Source of the DNA: Deltaproteobacteria bacterium | Lineage (GTDB): Bacteria > Myxococcota_A > UBA9042 > PHBI01 > JACKFB01 | Reading direction: 5' to 3' | Length of the DNA: 64,000 nucleotides | Assembly: GCA_020632695.1 (NCBI GenBank) | Contig: JACKFB010000015.1 | Coordinates: forward strand, 1,291 to 65,290 | In this document: positions 46,196 to 54,201 of the stretch, piece by piece | How positions within the stretch are numbered: position 1 is the stretch's first letter | Layout of the letters: every line of letters starts with the position of its first letter | Translations under genes and position numbers: made by a program | Notes under the pieces: generated by a model | Seen by the model: only the letters and a program-made list of their open reading frames with translations | What the model was told of the DNA's origin: nothing | The model's database searches: none

Positions 46196-47766
46196 CGCCG
46201 CGGGCGTCCCGGCGGGTGGCGGCGTGGGGCGCCGCGCTCCTCATGGTGGCGTGCGGGGGCGACGGCGGGGCCTCGGACGCCGCGGGTCCAGGAGCCGACG
46301 GCGGGCCCGACGCCGCGCCCGAGGTCGCCGCTCCCGATGGCGCGGCGGGGGACGACGACTCGAGGCCCGAGGCCGACAGCGGCGTCGAGGCCGGCGGCGA
46401 CGCCGCGCCCGAGCTGGCCGAACCGCCGCCGGAGCTGCCGGAGCTGCCGGAGCTGGCGGACCTGCCCGACCCGGGCCCCGACGCCGAGCCTCCAGCGGAC
46501 ACCGGCCCGGACGACGAGTCAGAGGTCGAGCAGCTCGATGAGTGTCCCGTCGCCACCGACGACGAGCTGGCGCGGCAGGCGGTGATCCTCTCGGGCCAGA
46601 CGGTCGTCGAGATCTCCATCGGCCTCAGCGGCGTGGCGATGGAGCGCCTGCGCAAGCAGCCCTATCAGTACGTCGAGGGCACCGTGTCGGTGGTCGACGC
46701 TGACGGCACCCTCGGCCCCTACCAGGTCACGGTCCGCTTGAAGGGCGGCGGCAACGGCGAGCCGGGCGAGGGGTCCTTCCAGGACATCGACCACAAGCCG
46801 GCCTTCAAGATCGACATGAACCGCATCGTGCCCTGCCAGACCCTGGCCGGGCTGTCGAAGCTGACGCTGAACAACATGGTGCAGGACCCCTCGATGCTGC
46901 ACGAGTGGCTCGCCTACGGGCTGTATCGCGAGCGCGAGCTGCCGGCGGCGCGGGTCGGCTACGCCTGGGTGCGCGTCAACGCCCAGGACTACGGGCTCTA
47001 CGCCAATATCGAGGTCTACGACCAGCGCGGCTTCCGCCACGAGCACTTCGAGTCCACCGACCACCTCTACGAGGGGCAGAGCGGCTCGGATTTCACCCAG
47101 TCCCTGTCAGCCAGCTTCGAGATCGACCACGGCGATCCCAAGGACCGCAGCGACCTGGAGGCGGCCATCGCCGAGCTGGCCGCGGCGCCGCTGGAGGGTC
47201 TGGTCGTCGCGACCCACGAGCGCTTCGACTGGCCCTCGGTGGCCGCCATGCTGGCCGTCGAGCGCTTCGCCGGACAGCACGACGGCTACACGCAGCAGCG
47301 CAACAACTTCTACGCCCACTCCGACGACGACGGGCGCTTCACGCTGCTGCCCTGGGGCCAGGACATGGCCTTCACCCAGACGCTGGTCTTCGGGCTGATC
47401 AAGGGCGTGCTGGCCAAGCGCTGCGTGCGGGATCCCGACTGCAACTGGCTCTTCCAGCAGGCGCTGGCGGCGACCGTCGAGGGCGTCGTGGATGGCAACC
47501 TGGTCGCCCGCGCCGAGGAGCGGGCCGCCACGCTGCAGCCATGGGTGGAGGCGGATCCGCGGCGGCCCTACTCGCTGTCGGAGCATCAGGCCGAGCTGGA
47601 CTCCACCCTGACCTATCTCAGCGAGCAGCCGGCTCGCCTCATGGACGCGGTGCAGTGCGTGGCCGACCCGTCCCGCGACGGTGACGGGGACGGCTACGAC
47701 TGCGTCCACGACTGCGACGACACGCTCAGCCTGGTCTACCCGGGCTCCGTGCCCTTGTGCCCCTGA
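46192..47766 (+). CDS. CotH-family (atypical protein kinase fold) lipoprotein
   Basis: The ATG overlaps the upstream stop (ATGA at 46192-46195). Lipobox ALLMVAC. CotH-type blocks: KPAFKIDMN, LSKLTLNNMVQDPSMLHEWLAYGLY, YGLYANIEVYD, NNFYAHSDDDGRFTLLPWGQDMAF. Confidence 0.75.
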   Translation: MTPRASRRVAAWGAALLMVACGGDGGASDAAGPGADGGPDAAPEVAAPDGAAGDDDSRPEADSGVEAGGDAAPELAEPPPELPELPELADLPDPGPDAEPPADTGPDDESEVEQLDECPVATDDELARQAVILSGQTVVEISIGLSGVAMERLRKQPYQYVEGTVSVVDADGTLGPYQVTVRLKGGGNGEPGEGSFQDIDHKPAFKIDMNRIVPCQTLAGLSKLTLNNMVQDPSMLHEWLAYGLYRERELPAARVGYAWVRVNAQDYGLYANIEVYDQRGFRHEHFESTDHLYEGQSGSDFTQSLSASFEIDHGDPKDRSDLEAAIAELAAAPLEGLVVATHERFDWPSVAAMLAVERFAGQHDGYTQQRNNFYAHSDDDGRFTLLPWGQDMAFTQTLVFGLIKGVLAKRCVRDPDCNWLFQQALAATVEGVVDGNLVARAEERAATLQPWVEADPRRPYSLSEHQAELDSTLTYLSEQPARLMDAVQCVADPSRDGDGDGYDCVHDCDDTLSLVYPGSVPLCP

Positions 47767-49358
47767 CGGCCCGAGCGCGGCGCGGCGACCCCGAGGCCGG
47801 CGAAGAAGGGCAGCAGGAAGGCGCGCTGGTCGGGCGGCAGATAGTCCCAGTTGACCTCGCGGTTCGAGATCTCCCACCACTCCGGGTCGACCAGGGCGTA
47901 GAGCTCGTCCCGCACGGCCCGCAGCCGGTGGGTGCGGTCGCCGCGCATGTCGTCGGCGATGCGCTCGGCGCACTCCTGCTCGCCGCGGGCGAGGTAGTAG
48001 GTGGCCAGCTTCACCTGGGCGCGGCGCACGCCCTGCTCGACCAGCGCCGCCTCCTCGTCCTCGGGCTCGCGGTCGAGATCGAGGAAGATGTCCAGCACGG
48101 CGTCGTGGGCCGCCGAGCCGGTGGCGTGCATGTGCTGGAGCAGGTCGCACAGGTCGTGGGCCGCCGTCTCCAACACGAACCCGCCCTTGCTGGCGAGCGC
48201 CAGGCGTCCGTAGAAGCGGAGGCGGCTGGCGACCTCGATCACCTCGGAGTCCAGGCGCAGGTCCACCAGCGCGAGGGCCAGCCGCTTGTACTCGAAGAGC
48301 ACGTGGTAGGCGCTGCGGAAGTCGCGGCTGCTGATGCTGTCGCGGGCGAAGGTGTTGAGGAAGCGGTTGCACAGGCGCAGGCACGCCGCGTCGCCGGAGC
48401 GAGCGGCCGACTCGCCGAGCTGCCGGGTGAAGATGGCGATGAGGTGGTTCACGTCGGGGATGCGGTGCAGCGCCTGGTGGTAGGCGGTCTGGTAGGCGCG
48501 GAGGATCTTCGCCTCGACCCAGCCGTGCTGCTCCTCGAGGAGCGCCAGCGTGCGCGGGTCCAGCGTCACGAAGTCGGCGTCCCCGCGGCCCAGCGGGTCG
48601 GTCCGGAACCAGGCGGGGGTCAGCTCGCCCTTGCGCGCGATGTGGGCGGTGGCCATCTCGGCCAGGCCACGCAGCGACATCACCGCGACGGCCTTCTCGT
48701 CGCCCTTGACCGCGTTGAGCACCATGTCGGCGAGCTGATCGATGCCGGTCAGCATCTCGGTGCGGGCGCGGTCCACCGCCGGGGCGCCGCGGCGGCTCAC
48801 CGCGTCCAGCGCGTCGGTGGCGTCGCGCCGGATGCGGGCGATGACCTGGTCGGGGGCCAGGAACCGGAACACGTAGGTGAAGTAAGGCAGCAGGATCAGC
48901 ACGGCCAGGGACATCATGGCGACCGTGGTGGCGACCATGACCCGGGGGTAGGGATCGGCGAAGAGGCTCATGTCGGTCCAGATCACCTGGGTCACCGTGA
49001 GCACCAGGAAGACCGTGGTGAGGATGTTCACCGGGTCGCGGACGAAGAGCTCGGCGATGCGCGACGTGTAGCGGGCGGCGGCGAGCTGGACCACGATGGC
49101 GACGACGGTGAGCGCGACGGCGAGGATGCCGACGGTGATCTCCGCCATGTTGGTCATCGCGTCGCGGGCGTCGCGGTGGGTGATGAGGTCCAGCGGGCCG
49201 TGGGGCGAGCCGGTGGCGGCGAAGTCGAGCCACCACAGCGTCCCGTAGAGGCCGGCGGCCATCGCCAGCAGCACGAAGAAGGTCAGGAGCACCCGCAGCC
49301 AGCCGCGGTCCGACGCCGGCTGGCGGTGCTCGGGGGGCTGGTCGGTCACGGCGCTCAT
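47736..49358 (-). CDS. DUF2254-family membrane protein
   Basis: ATG 49358 lies within track ORF 47736-50447. N-terminal TM helices and VVQLAAARYTSRIAELFVRDPVN resemble the Q-L-x-S-x-Q-(F/Y)-S-P-R-x-x-x-x-F motif of DUF2254. Its 3' end overlaps the CotH 3' end by 31 nt (convergent). Confidence 0.6.
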   Translation of the reverse strand: MSAVTDQPPEHRQPASDRGWLRVLLTFFVLLAMAAGLYGTLWWLDFAATGSPHGPLDLITHRDARDAMTNMAEITVGILAVALTVVAIVVQLAAARYTSRIAELFVRDPVNILTTVFLVLTVTQVIWTDMSLFADPYPRVMVATTVAMMSLAVLILLPYFTYVFRFLAPDQVIARIRRDATDALDAVSRRGAPAVDRARTEMLTGIDQLADMVLNAVKGDEKAVAVMSLRGLAEMATAHIARKGELTPAWFRTDPLGRGDADFVTLDPRTLALLEEQHGWVEAKILRAYQTAYHQALHRIPDVNHLIAIFTRQLGESAARSGDAACLRLCNRFLNTFARDSISSRDFRSAYHVLFEYKRLALALVDLRLDSEVIEVASRLRFYGRLALASKGGFVLETAAHDLCDLLQHMHATGSAAHDAVLDIFLDLDREPEDEEAALVEQGVRRAQVKLATYYLARGEQECAERIADDMRGDRTHRLRAVRDELYALVDPEWWEISNREVNWDYLPPDQRAFLLPFFAGLGVAAPRSGRQGHKGTEPG

Positions 49359-50191
49359 GCCGCCTCGCGCAGGCCGAAGAGCTGGCGCGCGTTGCGCTCG
49401 GTGAGCGCGGCGATGGCGTCCGAGGTCTGGCCGCGCAGCTCGGCGACGCAGGCGACGGTCGCTCCGAGGAAGGCGGGCTCGTTGCGCGTGCCGGCGCGGT
49501 CGGGCGCCGGCTGATCCGGGGCGTCCGTCTCGACCAGCAGGTGATCTGGCGGGACCGCGGCGACGGAGCGGGCGGGGGCTGAGCCGGGGCGCAGGACCGT
49601 GGCCGCGAAGGAGATGCGGAGGCCGAGCCCGGCGAAGCGGGGCACCAGCTCCGGGGAGCCGGACCAGGCGTGGACCTGGCCGCCGGCGCGGGGGAGGCCG
49701 TCGGCGCTGAGGAGCTCGAGGGCGCGGCCGTAGGCGCGGACGATGTGGAGCACCACCGGCAGGTCGCGGTCGCGGGCCATGGCGAGCTGGACGCGGAAGG
49801 CACGCTCCTGGCGCGCGGTGCTCCGCTTGCCGGCGGCGGTGGCGCGGTCCAGGCCGATCTCGCCCAGGGCGACGGGGCGGACGGGCTCCGGGGCGTCCAG
49901 GGCGGCGTCCAGGTCGGCCAGCAGCGCGTCGAGCCGCGCGTCGTCGTGGGCGGCGGTGACGGTCCACGGGTGCAGCCCGTAGCTCACGTGGACGTCGGCG
50001 TGGGCGAGCGCCAGCGCGGCCTGGCGGCTCCAGCCCGGCGGGTCGACGCCGCCCAGGACGAAGCCGCGCACGCCCGCCCGGCGGGCCCGCTCGAGGGCCT
50101 CGGCGCGATCCGCGTCGAAGGCCGGCGCGTCGATGTGGCAGTGAGCATCCAGCACGCAGCGAGCTTGGGCCGCAGCCGGCGGCCACGTCAA
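49355..50191 (-). CDS. TatD-family metal-dependent hydrolase (DNase)
   Basis: VLDAHCHID, GEIGLD, LPVVLHIV, VHAWSGS and LLVETDAP are TatD motifs. The stop overlaps the downstream start (ATGA). TTG 50191 is the longest start; GTG 50155 is an alternative. Confidence 0.75.
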   Translation of the reverse strand: MTWPPAAAQARCVLDAHCHIDAPAFDADRAEALERARRAGVRGFVLGGVDPPGWSRQAALALAHADVHVSYGLHPWTVTAAHDDARLDALLADLDAALDAPEPVRPVALGEIGLDRATAAGKRSTARQERAFRVQLAMARDRDLPVVLHIVRAYGRALELLSADGLPRAGGQVHAWSGSPELVPRFAGLGLRISFAATVLRPGSAPARSVAAVPPDHLLVETDAPDQPAPDRAGTRNEPAFLGATVACVAELRGQTSDAIAALTERNARQLFGLREAA

Positions 50192-50295
50192 TCGGAGCCG
50201 GCGCGTCGGCGCGCGCCGCGGTCGTGGCGAGTCCGACGGCGACCCGGTAGGGTGGCCCGGCGTGGGTTCGGCGCTTCGAGACGCGAGGTGAGCGG

Positions 50296-51636
50296 GTGAG
50301 CGAGTACGACGTGGACTTCTTCGTGCTGGGCGGGGGCTCGGGCGGCGTGCGGGCCGCGCGCATCGCCGGGAAGCTCGGCGCCAGGGTGGCGCTGTGCGAG
50401 TCCCGCAAGCTGGGCGGCACCTGCGTCAACGTCGGCTGCGTGCCCAAGAAGCTGATGGTCTACGCGTCGGCAGCCGGCGGCGCCGTCGAGGAGGCCGCCG
50501 GCTACGGCTGGAGCGTGCCGGGAACGCCGAGCTTCGACTGGCCCACCTTCCGCGCGCGAAAGGACGCGGAGATCGCGCGCCTGAACGGCGTCTACGCGCG
50601 GCTGCTGGACCAGGCGGGCGTGCGCGTGATCCACGGGCACGGGCGCTTCGTCGGCCCCCACGCCGTCTCGGTCGGCGACGAGGTCATCACCGCTCGCTAC
50701 ATCCTCATCGCCACCGGCGCGTGGCCGAGCGTGCCCGAGTTCCCCGGCGCCGATCTCTGCGTGAACTCGAACGCGATGTTCTCGCTGGAGGCGCTGCCCG
50801 CGCGCGCGGTGGTGGTGGGCGGGGGCTACATCGGCCTGGAGTTCGCCGGCATCCTCGAGGGCCTCGGCACCGACGTGACGCTGGTGCACCGCGGCCCGCG
50901 GCTCCTGCGCGAGTTCGACGACGACATCGGGCCCTTCCTGGCCACCGAGCTGCGCCGGCGCGGCGTCGACCTGCGGCTGGAGCGGCAGATCATGCGGGTG
51001 GCTCGCCGCGACGAGGAGCTGGAGGTCGAGCTCGACCACGGCGAGCACCTGCGGACCGACCTGGTGCTCATGGCCACCGGCCGCGCGCCCCTGGTCGCCG
51101 GCCTCGACCTGCCCGCCGCCGGCGTCGCCCTGAACGCCTGGGGAGCGGTCGCCGTGGACGCCTCGCGCCAGACCAGCGTGCCCCACATCTACGCCGTCGG
51201 CGACGTGGCCGGCAGCGCGGCGCTGACCCCGGTCGCCCTGGCCGAGGGCCAGGCCGTGGCCCGGATGCTCTTCGGCGGCGGCGAGGTCCGCTGCGAGCCC
51301 TGGCGAGTCCCCACCGCCGTGTTCAGCCAGCCCCCCGTGGCCACGGTCGGCCTCACCGAGGCCCAGGCCACCGCCGAGGGCCACCGCGTGCGCGTCTTCC
51401 GCTCCGAGTTCACCCCCATGGCCTTCGCCCTGAGCGGCCGCACCGAGCGCGCGCTGCTCAAGCTGGTGGTCGACACCGAAGACGACCGCGTCCTCGGCTT
51501 CCACATGGTGGGCATGGACGCCGCCGAGATCATCCAAGGCCTGGCAGTCGCACTCACCTGCGGCGTCACCAAGGCCCAACTCGACGCCACGCTCGGCATC
51601 CATCCGACGATGGCAGAGGAATGGGTCACGATGTAG
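50296..51636 (+). CDS. gor: glutathione-disulfide reductase (class I pyridine nucleotide-disulfide oxidoreductase)
   Basis: GTG 50296 is preceded by GAGGTGA. Motifs: FFVLGGGSGGVRAAR; redox centre GGTCVNVGCVPKK; second Rossmann VVGGGYIGLEFAG; C-terminal LGIHPTMAEEWVTM (H-P-T-x-x-E). Length 446 aa. Confidence 0.75.
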   Translation: MSEYDVDFFVLGGGSGGVRAARIAGKLGARVALCESRKLGGTCVNVGCVPKKLMVYASAAGGAVEEAAGYGWSVPGTPSFDWPTFRARKDAEIARLNGVYARLLDQAGVRVIHGHGRFVGPHAVSVGDEVITARYILIATGAWPSVPEFPGADLCVNSNAMFSLEALPARAVVVGGGYIGLEFAGILEGLGTDVTLVHRGPRLLREFDDDIGPFLATELRRRGVDLRLERQIMRVARRDEELEVELDHGEHLRTDLVLMATGRAPLVAGLDLPAAGVALNAWGAVAVDASRQTSVPHIYAVGDVAGSAALTPVALAEGQAVARMLFGGGEVRCEPWRVPTAVFSQPPVATVGLTEAQATAEGHRVRVFRSEFTPMAFALSGRTERALLKLVVDTEDDRVLGFHMVGMDAAEIIQGLAVALTCGVTKAQLDATLGIHPTMAEEWVTM

Positions 51637-51978
51637 ATCGAGGTCGATGGCCGGGGCGGCCGCGGGATCGATGTCGATGGCCGGGGCGGCCGCTACGGAC
51701 GCCGCTGAGGGCGTCGCTCCCTCGGGTCAGGCCTGCGACGGGCTGAAGCCCGACTCGGCCTGCCCTCGGTCGCGCCACCCTCAGCGGCGCCCTCGCTGGC
51801 CGCCTTGGCCATCGCACACGGGGGATCGATGTCGATGGCCGGGGCGGCCGCTACGGACGCCGCTGAGGGCGTCGCTCCCTCGGGTCAGGCCTGCGACGGG
51901 CTGAAGCCCGACTCGGCCTGCCCTCGGTCGCGCCACCCTCAGCGGCGCCCTCGCTGGCCGCCTCGGCCATCGGTGGGG
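51637..51978. repeat. tandem duplication, period 158 bp, of a structured GC-rich element starting at the gor stop codon
   Basis: 51664-51814 and 51822-51972 are identical except for one position (T 51806 versus C 51964). A 27-nt partial head copy lies at 51637-51663. Each unit contains the 11-bp inverted repeat GCCGCTGAGGG...CCCTCAGCGGC, which encloses nested CAGGC/GCCTG and CGGGC-TGAA-GCCCG stems. Confidence 0.9.
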
Positions 51979-52059
51979 GCGCAGTCGCTCGGGGTTGGGG
52001 CTGGGGAGGCGGGTCAGGATCGGGCCGCGGCCTCTGGCCGCGGGTGGTGGCGGGATCGG

Positions 52060-52530
52060 GCTCGGTGGCGGTCGCGGTGTCGGTCTCGGTGTCGGCCTCG
52101 GTGCTCGGACTCGGGCGCGGTGTCGGTCTCGGTCTCGGTGTCGGTCTCGGCCTCGGTGTCGGTCTCGGCCTCGGTGTCGGTCTCGGCCTCGGAGCCGGTC
52201 TCGGTCTCGGTCGCGGTCGCGGTGTCGGCCTCGGTCTCGGCCTCGGTGTCGGTCTCGGCCTCGGTGTCGGTCTCGGTCTCGGTGTCGGTCTCGGTCTCGG
52301 TCTCGGTGTCGGTGTCGGTCTCGGTCTCGGTCTCGGTCTCGGTGTCGGTCTCGGTCACGGTCTCGGTCACGGTCTCGGTCACGGTCTCGGTGGCGGACTC
52401 GGTCACGGTCTCGGTCACGGTCTCGGTCTCGGTCACGGTGGCGGACTCGGTCACGGACTCGGTCACGGTCACGGTCTCGGTGCCGGACTCGGTCACGGCC
52501 CCGGTGCCGGCCACGGCCTCGGGCCTCGGT
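52060..52530. repeat. hexamer-periodic low-complexity block (GGTCTC/GGTGTC/GGCCTC/GGTCAC)n
   Basis: Direct reading. It is the reverse complement of the ACCGAGACC-type tether repeats at 37.7 kb. All six frames are low complexity with no signal peptide or globular domain. Confidence 0.85.
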
Positions 52531-52542
52531 CGCGGCTTCAGT

Positions 52543-52573
52543 CCCGGCGGCGGTCACGCTGACCGCCGCCGGG
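52543..52573 (-). terminator. GC-rich hairpin 6 nt downstream of the four-helix-bundle pseudogene; no U-tract
   Basis: CCCGGCGGCGGTCA-CGC-TGACCGCCGCCGGG forms a perfect 14-bp stem with a 3-nt loop. Confidence 0.35.
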
Positions 52574-52579
52574 CCCGGC

Positions 52580-52923
52580 CTACCGCCGCGGATGGATCAT
52601 CCGCCAGGTCATCGCCTTGACCCGGTCCAGCAGCTCCAGCACCTCCGCACCGGCCGCCTCCGGCACCGCCCCCGCGCCGACCATCAGCTCCAGCGCCATC
52701 GACGCCTCCCGCGCGCTCCCGTACGCGATGCGGTAGTGCTGCACCCGGTCGCGTCCGAAGCGCCCCGAGCCCTCGGCCAGGTTCAGCGCCGCCGACGCCC
52801 CCGCCCGGTCGCCTGGTCTCCCAGCGCCCGGAACGACGGCGACAACCCCCGCGCCAACCCGAAGAGCCCCACCGCCGCCCGCGCCGCCACCCGCTCCGCG
52901 TCCATCCCCGACTCGCCAACCAT
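52580..52923 (-). pseudogene. four-helix-bundle protein (23S rRNA intervening-sequence protein family) disrupted by a 1-nt frameshift
   Basis: The frame from ATG 52923 gives MVGESGMDAERVAARAAVGLFGLARGLSPSFRALGDQATGRGRRRR and stops at 52783-52785. The +1-shifted frame continues ...RAGASAALNLAEGSGRFGRDRVQHYRIAYGSAREASMALELMVGAGAV...LELLDRVKAMTWRMIHPRR, with its stop at 52580. Restoring one C near 52807-52809 gives an intact 114-aa protein with the family motif N-(I/L)-AEG-x-GR. Confidence 0.6.
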
Positions 52924-52930
52924 CTCTCAC

Positions 52931-53091
52931 CTCCAGGGCCGCCAGTTGAGCCCCCACCACCAGCCGCTTCGGCGCTGGGCCGTCAGGGACGGCCGCAGGC
53001 CGCCGCGAAGCGGCCGAGGAGCGAAGCGACGCAGGTCCTTGACGGCCCAGCGCCGAAGTGGCGACACCCACCTCAACTGGCGGCCCTGGAG
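52931..53091. repeat. 160-nt near-perfect inverted repeat (long hairpin element)
   Basis: The outer arms, 52931-52950 and 53072-53091, are perfectly complementary over 20 bp. The inner arms, 52967-52989 and 53036-53058, are complementary over 23 bp with a single G-T wobble. The apical stem is GCCGC-GAA-GCGGC. Confidence 0.9.
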
Positions 53092-53108
53092 CGGGGGCGA
53101 TGGCTGAG

Positions 53109-53515
53109 GGTCCGGGTCCGGGTCCGGGCCCGGGTCCGTGGCCGAGTCCGGGTCCGAGTCCGAGTCCGAGTCCGTGGCCGAGTCCGGGTCCGAGTCCGAG
53201 TCCGAGTCCGGGTCCGGGTCCGGGTCCGAGTCCGGTTCCGAGTCCGTGGCCGGTTCCGGGTCCGTGGCCGGTTCCGAGTCCGTGGCCGGGTCCGGGTCCG
53301 TGACCGAGTCCGTGGCCGGTTCCGAGTCCGTGGCCGGTTCCGAGTCCGTGGCCGGTTCCGGGTCCGTGACCGGTTCCGAGTCCGTGGCCGGTTCCGAGTC
53401 CGTGGCCGGTTCCGGGTCCGCGGCCGGTTCCGGGTCCGTGGCCGGTTCCGGGTCCGCGGCGGGGGCCGAGTCCGCGGCCGAGTCCGGGCCTGTGGCCGAG
53501 TCCGTGACCGGCTCC
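53109..53515. repeat. hexamer/18-mer periodic block (GGTCCG/AGTCCG/TGGCCG/GTTCCG)n
   Basis: Direct reading. One minus-strand frame reads (ATDSEP/ATDPEP)n. Confidence 0.85.
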
Positions 53516-53560
53516 GCCGCTGCCTCCGCGGCTCGAGTCCGAGGCGATGGCTGGGCCAGT

Positions 53561-54090
53561 GTCAGCGTCGGTGTCGGTGTCAGCCTCGGTGCCGGTCTCG
53601 GCCTCGGTGCCGGTCTCGGCCTCGGTCTCGGTGCCGGTCTCGGTGTCGGTCTCGGTGTCGGTCTCGGTCTCGGTCTCGGTCGCGGTCTCGGCCTCGGTGT
53701 CGGTGTCGGCCTCGGCCTCGGTGTCGGTCTCGGCCTCGGTGTCGGTCTCGGTCTCGGCCTCGGTGTCGGTCTCGGCCTCGGTCTCGGCCTCGGTCTCGGC
53801 CTCGGCCCCGGTCTCGGTCTCGGCCTCGGTCTCGGCCTCGGCCCCGGCCTCGGTCTCGGCCTCGGTCTCGGCCTCGGCCTCGGCCTCGGCCCCGGCCCCG
53901 GCCCCGGCCACGGCCCCGGCCCCGGTCTCGGCCCCGGTCTCGGTCTCGGCCCCGGCCTCGGCCTCGGCCCCGGGCCCGGCCCCGGTCTCGGTCTCGGCCC
54001 CGGCCCCGGTCTCGGCCCCGGTCTCGGTCTCGGCCCCGGCCTCGGCCCCGCCCCTCGGCCCCGCCCCTCGGCCCCCCCCGGCCTCGGTGT
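53561..54090. repeat. hexamer-periodic block (GGTCTC/GGCCTC/GGCCCC/GGTGCC)n
   Basis: Direct reading. A minus-strand frame reads (ETGAEA)n like the lipoprotein tethers at 42.7 and 44.4 kb. This frame differs from the acidic frame of 53109-53515. Confidence 0.85.
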
Positions 54091-54201
54091 CACTCCCCGC
54101 GCCACCGGCGGTGGCGGGGGTCGACACGGTGCTGGCATCGGCTACGATGGTCGCGCCGGGCGGTTGGTTTGCTGGGGTTGGGGCTGGGGCTGGAGGCTGG
54201 C

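Noticed and set aside
47736-47766. The 31-nt convergent overlap of the CotH and DUF2254 genes (and the 14-nt overlap at 10212-10225) as a sign of mis-called genes
   Set aside because: Both partners have family motifs up to near their ends. Short convergent overlaps are common in GC-rich genomes, where stop codons are rare.
51647-51904. ORFs of 63-85 aa inside the 158-bp-period tandem repeat (e.g. MAGAAATDAAEGVAPSGQACDGLKPDS...)
   Set aside because: They exist only because the repeat is read twice. They have no SD, GC3 is not elevated, and the sequence is better explained by its strong hairpin potential.
52580-53091. The four-helix-bundle gene plus the long stem as evidence for a 23S rRNA intervening sequence
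   Set aside because: No rRNA-like sequence flanks it. The neighbours are low-complexity repeats and protein-coding genes.
37396-54090. Possibility that the periodic repeat blocks are CRISPR arrays
   Set aside because: The period is 6-18 nt with no unique spacers of 25-40 nt, no 24-40 nt conserved direct repeat and no cas genes. Three of the blocks are clearly in-frame coding repeats.
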